Assembly: GCF_006345805.1 (NCBI RefSeq)
Contig: NC_042999.1
Location: 79,298,001 to 79,362,000, forward strand
DNA from: Octopus sinensis
Taxonomy: Eukaryota
DNA length: 64,000 bases
Direction: 5' to 3'
Positions 39,591-53,378 of this stretch are shown one piece after another (the stretch's first letter is position 1; the number at the start of each line of letters is the position of its first letter). The position numbers were made by a program, and so were the translations under genes. The notes beneath the pieces were generated by a model. That model was not told the DNA's origin. It made no database searches and was given only the letters and a program-made list of their open reading frames with translations.

Positions 39591-40036
39591 TCATGTATAT
39601 TATTTATGACTAAAATTACATTTAAATAAATATTTTATCGATCCTGCCAAGGATACATGTAAACGTACACAAACAAAACTCAGTATTGCAAGCCATTTAG
39701 TTCGGGCGCCCTGCCGTTTCTGCCGTCGCGATGAATATAATCGTAAAAATTGAAGTATGGTGATGCGACGGGTGCAGAGCTTCGGGATGGATGCTGGGTG
39801 CATCACGATTGTTTCTCAGCGGTTGGTGGTCTCAGTGATGAGTAGATTCTGGGTGGAGGAATGTATGAGCAAGGGTAGAGTAAGGTAGGGGTAGGAAACG
39901 AAAATAAAGTCAAAACAGGATATATATATATGTGTTTGTGTGTGTGTGTGTATATGTTTATATAAAGATACAATTCTCTCTCAATGTATATGTATATATA
40001 TATATATATATATATACACACAACATGCATGCATAC

Positions 40037-40087
<51 letters not shown>

Positions 40088-40571
40088 TATATACATACAT
40101 ACATATATACACATACACACACACACACATATATATCTACATGCATGTACGCATGTCTATATATATGTGTGTGTATGGATTTATCTGTGTGTGTATATAT
40201 ATATATGTTGTGTATATATATATATATGTGTTGTATATATATATATATTATATATATATATATATGTATATATATATGTAAATATATATGGTATATATAT
40301 ATATGTATATATGTATATGTATATATGTATATATATGTATATATATATATATATATGTATATAATATATACATATATATATATGTATGTATATATATACG
40401 TATATATATATATACACACTCGCGCGCTAACAAACACTTTCAAAATAACTTTTTCAACGCTATTTGATATCTTAAGTGTTTCTATCCTACTAACATTGTA
40501 TGCATGTGTGTGTGCGTATGTATGTTTACAGAAAAGCATACGCAAAAACACTCACTCGCATGTACTTACAC

Positions 40572-40632
<61 letters not shown>

Positions 40633-40961
40633 TATACATACACATACATACATACATATATATATACATACATACATATGTGTGTGTGTTTATGTATGTA
40701 TATATATATTATATATATATATGCATGTATGTATGTAATTATATATATAGGTAGGTCATATTATCCGTTTGTTGTCTTTATATTTAATCCTGAATATATA
40801 TATATATATTATATATATGTCCATAAACTACATGTGATGCACATGTAAATATATGCATAGATACGTGTATTACACGTAGTTTATAAATATATACGTTTAT
40901 TTGTGACTGTAAACGCAGTGCGTATAAAGGAACGGTTGAGGCACACACACACACATACATA

Positions 40962-41001
<40 letters not shown>

Positions 41002-41034
41002 AATGTATATATATTCCTTTCTTATTTTTATTCT

Positions 41035-41405
41035 AGTACATGTTTCAGTCCTGAGTCGGTGGCCATGATATGACAGAAGCGAATAAAAGTTATGTACTAT
41101 ATAAGTATGGTACATATTATCTTATATTCGTTTTAAGCCGTAGCCCGTATACGCTGGACACCACTTGAAGAATTCTTGCCGAACTAGAATTCTTTCTGCC
41201 GGCCAGACACACACACACACACACATACACAGAGGCATACATGCATATTCTATTATGGTACTTCTCTACTAGTTTCCCGTCTACTAGTCTCACCGACAGG
41301 ACTTTGTTCAATCCGAGGCTGTAGTAGACGACACCTGCCCTAGGTGTCACGCGAAAACATGAGGATGGGACGCAATCTTCTGACCACACACCCACTCCAG
41401 CACCT
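41035..41405 (-). mobile_element. SINE family A, degenerate
   Basis: tgtttcagtc...ggccatg tail; ctactagtttcccgtctac...gtagtagacgacacctgccctaggtgtcacgc...accacac head. Confidence 0.6.
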
Positions 41406-42564
41406 ATATATTAGTACACATTCATAAACAAACACACACACACACACACATACATACACATGCACTGATATGCAACAGTGAGAATGTGTGTTCAGTACCG
41501 CCTTGGTGAAAAGATATTCTCTATTTATGAGTTAACAGAGCTACCAATGGTTTCATGCAGCGAGAAATCTCTCGACAGTTATCAAGCTTTCTACATGAGA
41601 ACATTGGTACTCGTCTCCATCTAGCCATTGTGTTCATAATAGTATGGTGCTGATGGTAATAGTTCGACGTGATATTTGTGTATTGGAATGTGTATTAATA
41701 GTGGCTTAGCAATAGAGTTGGTTGACATAATGGCGAGGGTTACTTGTAAATTCAAAGAGTGTGGTAGAAGTGTTTGCGTCCGTGTTGGAGCTAGCGAAGC
41801 CATAGTGTTCGTTGTAATTAGTGTTGTTGTTACGGTAGTGGTAGTGGTGGTAGCGCTGGTGGTAGTGGTGGCTGCAGTAGTGTTGTTGTTGTTGTTGGTG
41901 GTATTGGTGGTGGCATTGGTAGCGGTGGTGGTGGTGATGGTGGTGGCTGTAATAATAATGGTGTCGTTGGTAGTGGTAGCAGTCGTGTGTTCGCGTCCGT
42001 GTTGGAGCTAGTGATGCTTTGGCGTTGCTGTAAGTGTTGTTGTTACGGTAGTGGTAGTTGTGGTGGTGGTTGTGGTGTTGGTGATAATGGTGGTGACTGT
42101 AGTAATGTTGGTGGAGGTGGCAGTTGTGGTGGTGGTGGTGGTGGCGGCGGCGGCGGCGGTGGTGATAATTTTATGGGAATGGTGGTTGGTACACAGCAGT
42201 GTTGTGACAGAGTGACAGAGGAGTCGAGACAAAACAAAACAAAGAAGAAAAATATACAAAAATAAAGCAACAAATAAAAATACGTGACGGGACAAAAGAA
42301 AAAAAAATAAAGCGTTTCAAATAGGATGAAACAGAGGTGCTTGGGGGTGGGGATGGAAAGGAAGGAGGAGGAAGGTGGAGATAATATTTAGAGGATGGAG
42401 GTTATATGATGTGGAGCAACATACGAAATTTTAAGTAATTTTACAGCAGAACACAGCAGAGACGATTTGTCTGTCTGTTTGTCTGTTCATTCGGTAATAT
42501 GTCTGTTTTTATCTGTCTCACTGACAGTAATATACGTGTGTGTGTGAGCATGTGTGCGTGTGTG

Positions 42565-42595
<31 letters not shown>

Positions 42596-42676
42596 TTCTG
42601 TCTGGCTCACCCGGTCCATCTATAATAACTGTTTATATTCTATAACAACTGTATGTATGCTGAATATATATATATA

Positions 42677-43083
42677 CTCTTTTACTCTTTTACTTGTTTC
42701 AGTCATTTGACTGCGGCCATGCTGGAGCACCGCCTTTAGTCGAGCAAATCGACCCCGGGACTTATTCTTTGTAAGCCCAGTACTTATTCTATCGGTCTCT
42801 TTTGCCGAACCGCTAAGTGACGGGGACGTAAACACACCAGCATCGGTTGTCAAGCAGTGCTAGGGGGAAAAACACAGACACACAAACGCACATACACACA
42901 TACATATATATACATATATACGACAGGCTTCTTTCAGTTTCCGTCTACCAAATCCACTCACAAGGCATTGGTCGGCCCGGGGCTATAGCAGAAGACATTT
43001 GCCCAAGATGCCACGCAGTGGGACTGAACCCGGAACCATGTGGTTAGTTAGCAAGCTACTTACCACACAGCCACTCCTGCGCC
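42677..43083 (-). mobile_element. SINE family A, full length and little diverged
   Basis: Complete head (ggcgcaggagtggctgtgtggtaagtagcttgc...ggttccgggttcagtcccactgcgtggc), internal tract, body and tail (ggcggtgctccagcatggccgcagtcaaatgactgaaacaagtaaaagagtaaaagag). Confidence 0.92.
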
Positions 43084-43113
43084 TATATATATATATATAC
43101 ATGTATCAAAATT

Positions 43114-43424
43114 CTAGTACTAATTCTATCGGTCTCTTTTGCCAAACCGCGAAGTTACGGGGACTAAACACACCAACATCGGTTGTCAAGCGATGGTGGG
43201 ACGACAAAGAAACAAATAAGAAAGACAGACAGACAGACAGACAGACACACACACACACACATATATATATATACGAAGGGCTTCTTTCAGTTTCCGTTTG
43301 CCAAATCCACTCACAAGGCTTTGGTCGGCCCGAGGCTATAGCAGAAGACACTTTCCCAAGGTGCCACGCAGTGGGACTGAACCCGGAACCATGTGGTTGA
43401 GAAGCAAGCTTCTTAATGCACAAC
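43114..43424 (-). mobile_element. SINE family A, 3'-truncated, tandem to the previous copy
   Basis: Head and body present; tail missing; 30 bp from the 42677 copy in the same orientation. Confidence 0.88.
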
Positions 43425-43447
43425 CAAACATATAATGATAGATAGAT

Positions 43448-43750
43448 AGATGAAAGGTAAAGCCGACCTCGGCAGAATTTGAACTTAGAACGTAAAGACA
43501 GCCGAAATACCTATTTCTATTTCTTTACTATCCACAAGGGGCTAAACACAGAGGGGGCACACAAGGACAGACACACGAATTAAGTCGATTACATCGATCC
43601 CAGTGCGTAACTGGTACGTAATTTATCGACCCCGAAAGGATGAAAGGCAAAGTCGACCTCGGCGGAATTTGAACTCAGCACGTAGCGGCAGACGAAATAC
43701 CGCTAAGCATTTCGCCCGGCGTGCTAACGTTTCTGCCAGATTATCGCCTT
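43448..43750 (-). mobile_element. SINE family B, dimeric form, inside (GATA)n
   Basis: Two gtcgacctcggcggaatttgaac units separated by the spacer tttctttactatccacaaggggctaaacacagag...ggacagac. Confidence 0.88.
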
Positions 43751-43909
43751 AGATAGATAGATAGATATTAACAAATAGACATGGCTGTTGTGCAAGTGAT
43801 AGGATATGTATTTGATGCATGTTTGTGAGTGTCTGTCTCTATCACAGATGTGCGAGTGTCTAATTATCATGAAATTTATGCGGATACACTTTGGTCTCTT
43901 ATATGTAAG

Positions 43910-43972
<63 letters not shown>

Positions 43973-45649
43973 GCTACACTGGCACGCACGTGTACAAACA
44001 TATATCAGTTATACACACTATGACAGACATACGCGATCACTGGTGTATGTGTTTCTTAATTCTGTTGCTTGCATAAAAGTACAATGCATGACACCCCACT
44101 AGAAAAAGGAAAGAAAAAAGTCAAAAGGAAAATATTATCAAAATATATACAAGTGATTATGCGCGTGCGTGAATGTGCGTGTATGCTTGTGAGAAATAAA
44201 ATGATGAAGTCTGGATCTCTGCTCTATTTACAATGTATGAAGTCACGTGGTGCAAAGAAAAGAATGAGTTGCGTAATAAATAAGGTCATGTGATGTGTCT
44301 CAGCGACAGACCATTTAATATTACGAATACGGAGGAGTCAACTCTGTAGACATGTATATTTTTATAGGTAAGTGGAGGTGAATCTGAATGGAGTCTGTGA
44401 ATATATGGTATAGATGGTGACCAATATTATTTTACCTTTTATTTTCTAGAATGCTCTTGTTTTGCTTGGTGTCATTAGCTTGGTGTACAACCTTTCCGTA
44501 TACTGTTGAATTGTCAAAGAAGGAATTTTTAGTGAGTTTACGAAAATCTATATTTGATTAACAGAAGTGTATATTTGTTAGTGTAAATAGATGAATTTAT
44601 CAAATTACAAAATAATTTTGACACATCGATCTTCACTCTTTCGCATATTCCATTTATTTTCTCTGTTTCCCTCATTTTTTGTATTCTTCATCCCCATTTT
44701 CATTCAACCTCTCTCTGCCTGCAATGAACAGTCAACGAAATTTTCTGTAACTTTGTCTTGCAATATTAAAGCAAAAACTTCCTTGTTTGTTATTTATTTA
44801 ATTTTGAAAGAATTACTCTTGTCCTCAACCATTGCAGATCCTTCCAAAACCGGTAAGTTCTATGTGGTTAACGTTCATAGAGATATTCTAAAATTAGTGA
44901 TATACATAGTACAAACAGTAGAGTCAGTTGAGTTCAATGTGCTTCGCCGAGGACATTGAATTGGAGCGAAACATGTTCATAACTGCCACCTGTTGATTTT
45001 CAAGGCATGTGCTGCACCAATCTACATCTTTATTTTCCAAAATCGCGATGAGCTGATATTACAAGAGTTAGTTCCTTTTATTTTGTGTCTTTGTGTCTTA
45101 GAGGGAAATTTATTTCTACTAATTTTATAGATATCAGTTAACAGAAGTTTTTGAACAATGTGTATTACAGACGTGTGTCTTCTACGGAATATGCATTCGT
45201 ATAATATGAATTAAACTCACCTGAGAATATTATTCCCTCAGTTCTAATGCTATGCAGTGAAGTGGAAGAGAAATAAATTCTTCAAAACCATTTAAATTTT
45301 CCCTCGCTCTTCTCACTCGCCCACACTTTCGACGAAAGATTTTATCCGAAACGTTACTATTCTCTGCTTCTTCAAACATAGCACTCATTCCAGCGTTTGG
45401 CGTCCTATCTCGTGGAGTATAGGTAAGTATGGTGATATATCTTCCCGTCCCGTCCTTGCTACCTCTTTACTCATTAACTATTCCCAGCAATATTCTTTCC
45501 ACCCCATGTTTCTACTATACCTTCCGTCGCATCTTCCTCAGTTCACTACTTTCGTTATTCCAGACACACTTCCTCATTTATCTCTATATTTTAACGTATT
45601 AGTTTATGTGGTAGCAGCAGTTGTTGTTGTGCTAGTGGTGGCGGCTGAG

Positions 45650-45685
<36 letters not shown>

Positions 45686-46603
45686 TCATTTACATTTTTG
45701 TGCCTAATTGGAAATCGAAACCCAATCACTTGCTTCCTGTATACTTTTTGTCGTTATTCTTCATGTTGCCTGTCATTCTCTCTCCCTCCTTCTTCCCGCC
45801 TCTTTCAGTCTACCTACCTGTCTCTATCTGCGTGTATGTGTCTCAGTCTGTCTGTCTGTCGGTCCCCGTTTCTCTTTTATTAAATGAAACATTAAACCTG
45901 ACATCTAACGTAAGAATGCATTGTTGCGTATGTCCACGTACAAATTTTTGTGTATACGTGTATATGTGTGTGTGTTGGTTTATCCATGTATGAATGCACG
46001 CGTGGGTCGTTGTGTGTGCGTGTGCGTTTGTGCGTGCAAGTGTATGCGTGCGTGTGTATGTGTGTGTGTGTGTGTGTGCGCGCGCGTGCGTGCAAGTGTA
46101 TGCGTGTGTTTGGAATTGACTCCAAACTGAAACTAAATCTGTTGGTGTCAGTTTTGGGTCAATTGTCCAGCAGGTTTTCAAACAAGATTTTAATTTCACA
46201 TGTCATCGAGTTAAGTATTACATTATATACCCACGATGCGTGCAGCCGTTGTTGTTGTTGCTGTTGTTATTGCTGATAATATTTTTGTTGTTGTTGCTGC
46301 TTGTTACTGCTTTTATACTGACTGATGAAGTTGCGTTGTGGATGTTTCTTATTATCTTCACTTTCGCCATATTGTTGTCGTTTTTGTGATTTACTCCAAA
46401 TACAGACCTAATTGTGAAGATTTTGAATCAAAATCGTTCTAGTCCTGTCAAGCCCCCTCCCCCACATCCGCCACACACGTGACACGTTTTGTAAAAGCTG
46501 TTCAGAATGTAATCTAAGAGAAATTTGGCTGCTATTACTTGCAGGTCAAGCGTCAAATAAGGATATCCTTTATTGCTATTCAAATAAGAATATCCTTCAT
46601 AAC

Positions 46604-46862
46604 CGCAGGAGTAGCTGTGTAGTAAGTAGCTTGCTTACCAACTACATGGTTCCGGATTCAGTCCCACTACATCCTTGGGCCGACCAAAGCCTTGTGAGTG
46701 GATTTGATGGAAGGAAACTGAAAGAAGCCCGTCGTATATATGTATATATGTATATATGTATGTGTGTGTATATGTTTGTGTCTGTGTTTGTCCCCCTATG
46801 ACAACCGATGATGGTGTGTTTGCATCCCTGTCACTTAGCGGTTCGGCAAAAGAGACCGATAT
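46604..46862 (+). mobile_element. SINE family A with internal deletion, tail missing
   Basis: cgcaggagtagctgtgtagtaagtagcttgcttacc...ggattcagtcccac...aagaagcccgtcgtatat...cggttcggcaaaagagaccgat. Confidence 0.88.
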
Positions 46863-47394
46863 ACGTACACACAGTTTTGAAGAAACATTATGGATTGTCA
46901 AGAAGTTATTTAAAATATTTTGACAGGAAATAGATAAAATAATCTAAACAGAAATATTGATCTATCTTTCTCTTTTTATTATATTTAAGAAATAATATCC
47001 TTCTTTATTTATTGTCACTTATATGTAATAATTAATGGTGTCGTCGTCATTACAGTTATTATTCCGTTTGTATAATGTTATTTTCCATGCCAGTTATTTT
47101 CTATGCCGTTATCAATTCCGTGTGAACCCAGATTTTCGTATCCCGCCCCACCCACTCCAGTATCCATTCAATCGTCGGCCCTGTGGTAAAAGATGAACTC
47201 TCCAGTCAAAGACGATTATGGGTGTCCAGCTTTTGCCGAACATGGTGTACCACACGTCAGGTGTCGAAGTGATCGCAAAGCAACGTGAGATGAAGTGCTT
47301 AGGAGTTGAAAGCACAATCTCGCGATCATGAGAGCAACACCCTAACCCCTAGGCCATGCGTGGTAAACAGATAAACACTAATTAATCCTTTCTA

Positions 47395-47608
47395 ATAAAA
47401 GCACAAAACGTGAAACTTTTTTGGGGAAGTGGGTAAGTCGATCATGTCGACTTTAGTGTATCACTCATACTTAATTTATCGACTCCCCAAAAAGTTGAAA
47501 GGTAAAGTCGACCTCGGCGGTATTTGAAGTGAGAACATAAGGACGGTCGAAATGCCGCTAAGCATTTCGCCCAGGTTATTAACGATTCTGGCAGCTCACC
47601 ACCTTCAA
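47395..47608 (-). mobile_element. SINE family B, monomer
   Basis: aaagtcgacctcggcggtatttgaagtgagaac...gaaatgccgctaagcatttcgccc...ctggcagctcaccacct. Confidence 0.8.
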
Positions 47609-47634
47609 AATAGTAATTAATAATTATTGGAATG

Positions 47635-47812
47635 GCAGAGGTGGTGGATTGCTAGAATCATGAGAATATAAGAAAAATATTTTCTGATATTTGTTCTGAC
47701 ATTTTAATATTCTGAGTTCAAATTTCGTAGGGGTTAGCTTTACTTTTCCTGCTTTCCGGGTCGATAAAATAATGTGTTAGGTTAGTCCTGTGGTAAACGT
47801 AATCGAATGACA
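47635..47812 (+). mobile_element. SINE family B, degenerate, head-to-head with the previous copy
   Basis: ggcagaggtggtggattgctagaatc...ttctgagttcaaatttcg...tttcctgctttccgggtcgataaaataa. Confidence 0.55.
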
Positions 47813-47839
47813 CCAATTTCTATTCAAATTACTGTACTT

Positions 47840-48057
47840 CTTTCATCTTTTGCTTTTGCACTCATTAGACTGCGGCCATGCTGGGGCACCGCCTTCAAGA
47901 AGTGTTAGTCGAATGAATCGAGCCCAATACTTATTTTCTTTAAAAAGTGCCAGACTTATTCTATTGGTATCTTAGGACGAACCACTAAGTTACAGGGACG
48001 TAAACACACCAACACCGTTTCTCAAGCGGTGGTGGCACAAAGACTCGCGCACACATG

Positions 48058-48116
<59 letters not shown>

Positions 48117-48196
48117 AGTCTACGTCTACCAAATCAACTCACAAGACTTCTAGAATAACCCGAGGCAATTAGACTATTGTAGAAGACACTTGTCCA
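47840..48196 (-). mobile_element. SINE family A, 5'-damaged, internal (CTAT)n
   Basis: gactgcggccatgctggggcaccgcc tail, body acagggacgtaaacacaccaacacc, gtctaccaaatcaactcacaag...gtagaagacacttgtcca. Confidence 0.8.
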
Positions 48197-48745
48197 CTAT
48201 ATGCCAAGATTAGAAAAAAAATTGCATTGGTATAATGGTAAAATCGTATGACAACACGCACTGTAGTATTTACTTTCGGATCTCTCTTTTTTGTATCTTT
48301 TACTTGTTTCAATTATTAGACTACGGCCATGCTAGAGATGTTTATGTTCTGAGGTCAAATCTCACTTACGAGGGCGTCAAATTTGCCTTTTCTGATTAAT
48401 AAAATGAAGGTAAACTGAAGGTGATTTAACCGATTAAGACATTCTCACTACCAAAGTTCTCTTATGCCATTGTTAAATAATATTATTCTTATCTCAGTTG
48501 TTGTTACTGAACTGGTCGAGGGCCGAGATAACACGGCTTGTAGTAATTGGATCAAATCCCACAGGGGGCAGGTTAACTTCTCATCCGCTCGGGATTGATA
48601 AAATAAAGTACCACGTACAATATTGAAGTTGATATGATCGACTGGCGTCAGTTATCATAACTGTGCGGTAGTATTATACATACATACATACATACATACA
48701 TACAAACACACACACACACACACGCACACACACATATTCGTATGT

Positions 48746-48908
48746 TAACTTCTGCTGACTCTTTCGCCACAACTTTCTCTAACTCTTTCCTCCTGCATCT
48801 TACAGCTCACTTGGGACGGACCGGCGTCCCGTCCAGGTGAGGAATCTATACGCCAAGGAAACCGGGAAACCGGCCCTTATGAGCCAGGCGTGGCTCGAAA
48901 AGAAACAA
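48746..48908 (+). mobile_element. SINE family D 3' part with 14-bp TSD
   Basis: cagctcacttgggacggaccggcgtcccgtccaggtg...ggcccttatgagccaggcgtggctc; TSD ACATATTCGTATGT at 48732-48745 and 48909-48922. Confidence 0.8.
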
Positions 48909-49559
48909 ACATATTCGTATGTGAGTGTGTGCGTGCAATATAACCGATATTCGGAAGATGGTTTCTAACATAAACCACGCTTTGGCTAACAACTGCTACT
49001 TCTTCAGTTGGCACAATAATATCCTCATGGTTTCGTACGACAAAATCAAGCGTGTAGAATACCTCACCAGCCGATCAAATATCGCTAAATTCAAAATCTG
49101 AAACCGCTTGTCAAGTCTAAACACACGCATGAGAAGAACGACTAGAATCTTAATACTAAAGCAATAATTTAATATAGGTTGTATATTCAAAATTTCATTG
49201 TATTTCTCTGCTGAGATGTGCCCTCTCTGATACTTATGCCTTTTGCACTTGTAATTTATTGCTGGTACTAAAAAGGTTTCTCAACCACCGCTCTGGGCTG
49301 AAATAATCGGTGTAGTCCACAAGACTATAAATGCCAAAAGTTATGTGACAGTGGCTTCTTTGGTATGATACGACCGACATAGCAACTACAAAGAATGGTA
49401 TTAACAACCAAAGTTATGTAAAGAATTGCGTCCTCACATCTTCCGTAGTGTGTCTGACATGACATGAGAAAATAGCCCGCATTGAGACAAAGTATATTAC
49501 CTCAGTATGCACTTATACGCATGAGTATGTCACACATACACACACATACTCTCATGTAT

Positions 49560-49591
<32 letters not shown>

Positions 49592-49711
49592 ATGTGTATA
49601 CATATAAAAGTATAAATTATGTATGTGTGTGTGTGTGTGCGCGTGCGTGTGTGTTCATATATATTTATGACAAGTGTATACGTAGATATATATTTTAAAT
49701 ATAAGTGGTGT

Positions 49712-49810
<99 letters not shown>

Positions 49811-50363
49811 ATATATATATATATATATATGCATACGTATATATATATAATATATATATATATATAAGTTTATTTTATTATTTCTAAGAAGCTGTTTAAC
49901 GTGGGAAAGAATAAAAGATGTTGAAGAAATGATGTTGAAATAAAATAAAAAAAACCTAATAAACAAGTAAACGAAGATAGAAACAAAGAAAGAAAAGAAG
50001 AAAAGAGTTATCAGAGCAGTGTCGACAACAAGATAGATAAATCATATCTGTAAGATATTAGAATGAATATATAAAAAATAAAAAAAAAGATAAAAGAGGG
50101 AAGGAAAGGGAGAAAGAGAGAGAGAGAGGGAGATGGAGGGAGGGAGAGGGGAGAGAAAGGTATTAAATAAAAAGGAGAAAAAGAATAAAAGAAAGAAAAG
50201 CAGCGAAGGAAAAGGGTATAGAAAAAAAAGAAAGGAAAACGATGTAAGGAAGTTGTAAGGAATAATTTAATAGATAACAAGTAATTGGATAAACATGCGA
50301 ACAGACGATCGTTTGTGCGTGTGGGTATGTATATACGTGTGTGTGTGTGTAAGTCTTTGTGCG

Positions 50364-50406
<43 letters not shown>

Positions 50407-50871
50407 TACATGTATATATATATATGTATGTATGTAGTTGTATATGCCTATATGTACTATTATATATACTAACTTGCTTGTGTGGATACGTACATGCGTA
50501 TATTCATAAACACGCACGACCCAATATATGTACACTCAAACACACGCACATACACTAATCTACGCTTACACATATGTGTGTGCGTGTGCATGTATATAAG
50601 TACGTGTGTGTGTGCTTGTCGCAGCAAGCTATCGTATTAAATTGAAATTGTATTAATATGAACCATATGTATAGATACTTTAACACACCCACCCACACAT
50701 ATATAGGCACCCACTTTATACACATTACAACTAACCGCGACAAAAACAAAAACAATGACAACAACGAAGGGGGTACTATACAAAGAAAAAAAAAACAATG
50801 AAATTCCCAGCTAATTCCATCATCATTATCATCAACATCATCATCACCACAACAACTAGAATAAATGTTGT

Positions 50872-51120
50872 TTGTTCCTTTTAGACCCATGCCTGGTTCA
50901 TAAGGGCCACTTTCTCGGTTTCATTGGATTATAGGTTCCCAACCTGGACGGGACGCCGTTCCATCACAGGTGAGCTGCTAAATGCCATTACCTTCTGCTG
51001 GAACCGCGTTGAGCGTAGGTGTTTCGCTCACAAATACACATATCACCCGGTCTGAGATTCGAACCCGCGATCCTTCGACCGCGAGTCCGCTGCTCAAACC
51101 ACTAGGTCATGTGCTTCCAC
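50872..51120 (-). mobile_element. tRNA-derived SINE family D, full length
   Basis: Head gtggaagcacatgacctagtggttt...ggatcgcgggttcgaatctcagacc (A and B boxes); body cagctcacctgtgatggaacggcgtcccgtccaggttggg; tail ggcccttatgaaccaggcatgg. Confidence 0.85.
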
Positions 51121-51144
51121 AGATTAAATACTATAATCAATATT

Positions 51145-51449
51145 CTTTTCTACTCTAAGCACAAGGCCCGAAATTTTGGGGGAGGGGACAACTGTTACTT
51201 AATTTATCGACCCCGAAAAGATGAAAGGCAAAGTCGACCTCGGCGGAATTCGAGCTCAGAACGTAAAGAGAGACGAAATACCTATTTCTTTACTACCAGA
51301 GAGGACAAACACAGAAAGGACAAACAAGGACAGACAAACGGATTAAGTCGATTATATCGACCCCAGTGCGTAACTGGAACGTAGCGGCAGACGAAATACT
51401 GCTAAGCATTTCGCCCGGCGTGCTAACGTTTCTGCCAGCTCGCCGCCTT
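51145..51449 (-). mobile_element. SINE family B, dimeric form, 18-bp TSD
   Basis: TSD AATACTATAATCAATATT at 51127-51144 and 51450-51467. Confidence 0.9.
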
Positions 51450-51696
51450 AATACTATAATCAATATTACTTGACAACACCCACATAATCAAAACTTTACC
51501 GTGTACTACTATACTACTGCTACAGCTACTGCTACTGCAAGTGGGTGGAATTGGCTGATGTTGCCATTCATGTACCGCTTAACAGATATATTGCTTCCTA
51601 GGCGAAGCCGGTGGTTTTAAACTTTTATTTGTGGCACAATTTAGATAAAATATATTTTTATGACGTACTTCCTGAATCATGTTAGAAATCAGGTTT

Positions 51697-52018
51697 TGGC
51701 TGTGTGTGTTAAAAAGGTTGCTTTCCAACCATGTGGTTTCTGGTTCAGTTCCACTCTGCAGCACGTTGGACTAGTGCCTTCTTCTACAGCCTTAAACCAT
51801 AATGCTTTATGAATGAAGTTGGTAGAGGGAATCTGTTTTGAGAACCCGTCATAAAATATACATGTGTGTGTGCGTGTGTACGTGCAAGTGTATGTTGTAT
51901 GTGTAGTCGTGTGTGTGTGCTTTCCCCTGCACTGCTTTAAAATCGGAGTCGATTTGTTCGACTAAGCCCGTTAGGACGGTGCCCAGTAAAGCCGTAGTCA
52001 AATGATGGTAACAATACA
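51697..52018 (+). mobile_element. SINE family A, old degenerate copy
   Basis: ggctgtgtgtgttaaaaaggttgctttccaaccatgtggtttctggttcagttccac...gtcgatttgttcgactaag...gccgtagtcaaatga. Confidence 0.6.
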
Positions 52019-52028
52019 ATATATATAT

Positions 52029-52063
<35 letters not shown>

Positions 52064-52263
52064 TTACAGCTATTATGCTTACTACCCACAAAACACCACC
52101 ACGTGGATTCTGTTGAGACCAGTAAGAAACAATTATGAACTATTTTATTACACTTAATTTTTTAAAATATTTTGATAAGGTTCGTTCTTTCAGGAAGAAC
52201 CGAAACACGTAAAATTTCTAAGACAATTAAAATTTATCTTATATAGTGGCGTTTTCAAACTTC

Positions 52264-52336
<73 letters not shown>

Positions 52337-52338
52337 AT

Positions 52339-52391
<53 letters not shown>

Positions 52392-52412
52392 AAGAGAAAA
52401 AGGAAAAGGGAT

Positions 52413-52463
<51 letters not shown>

Positions 52464-52979
52464 TGTAGATAGATAGATAGATATACAACACATACTAGTG
52501 CTATTCGTAATGTGACAGGTGACTTTCGCTGTATGATGGGTAATATCAGGAAATATACCATATTTACGAGAATTTATTTGGTGCTTCTATAAAATGATGA
52601 AATGAATGCTAGATTTTGAAGGAAATGTAGTTATTACCTTAAATCAAATAAAATATTTCTCATATGTATAACTCCTTTCATAACTACTCTCATTTAACCT
52701 CTCTCTCCTCTTCCTCTTTTGTCTCTATGATTCTTTCTCGCTTTGTGAGCGTGCGATCGCGTGTGTAGCGTTCTTTTACTAATTGCTTGTCAGTGAAACT
52801 AGTATGTGTACTCATCCGGCACCACTCATGTCAACTGTCTTTGTATCTCTCTCTCTTTCTCCTCTCTGAGAAATCAATTAGCATATTGACTCATATATAC
52901 ACACAGGCAATGGCATGTCAACTTCGTAGAGTTCTTGATTTTTGGTGTAGTATATACAAGTTCATTGAATCGAAATATT

Positions 52980-53378
52980 CTTTTCTACTCAAGGCACAAT
53001 GCCCGAAATTTTGGGGGAGAGGGCCAGTCGTTTAGCTCGACTCCAGTACGCAACTGGTACTTAATTTATCGACCCCACAAAAGGATGAAAGGCAAAGTCA
53101 ACTTCAACGGAATTTGAACTCAGAACTTAAAGACAGACGAAATACCTATTTCTTTACTACCCACAAGGTGCTAAACACAGAGAGGACAAACAAGGATAGA
53201 CAAACGGATTAAGTCGATTACATCGACCTCAGTGCGTAACTGGTTCTTAATTTATCGACCCCGAAGGGTGAAAGGTAAAGTCGACCTCGGCGAAATTTGA
53301 ACTCAGACCCTAACGGCAATCGAAATACGGCTACACATTTCGCCCGGCGTGCTAACGTTTCTGCCAGCTCGCCGCCTT
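52980..53378 (-). mobile_element. SINE family B, dimeric form, 16-bp TSD
   Basis: TSD ATTGAATCGAAATATT at 52964-52979 and 53379-53394; two complete body units. Confidence 0.92.

Noticed and set aside
44591-44959. 122-aa non-repetitive ORF (also 8076-8563, 23449-23871, 60297-60539)
   Set aside because: No recognisable motifs, composition typical of AT-rich non-coding DNA or SINE read-through, and no exon structure.
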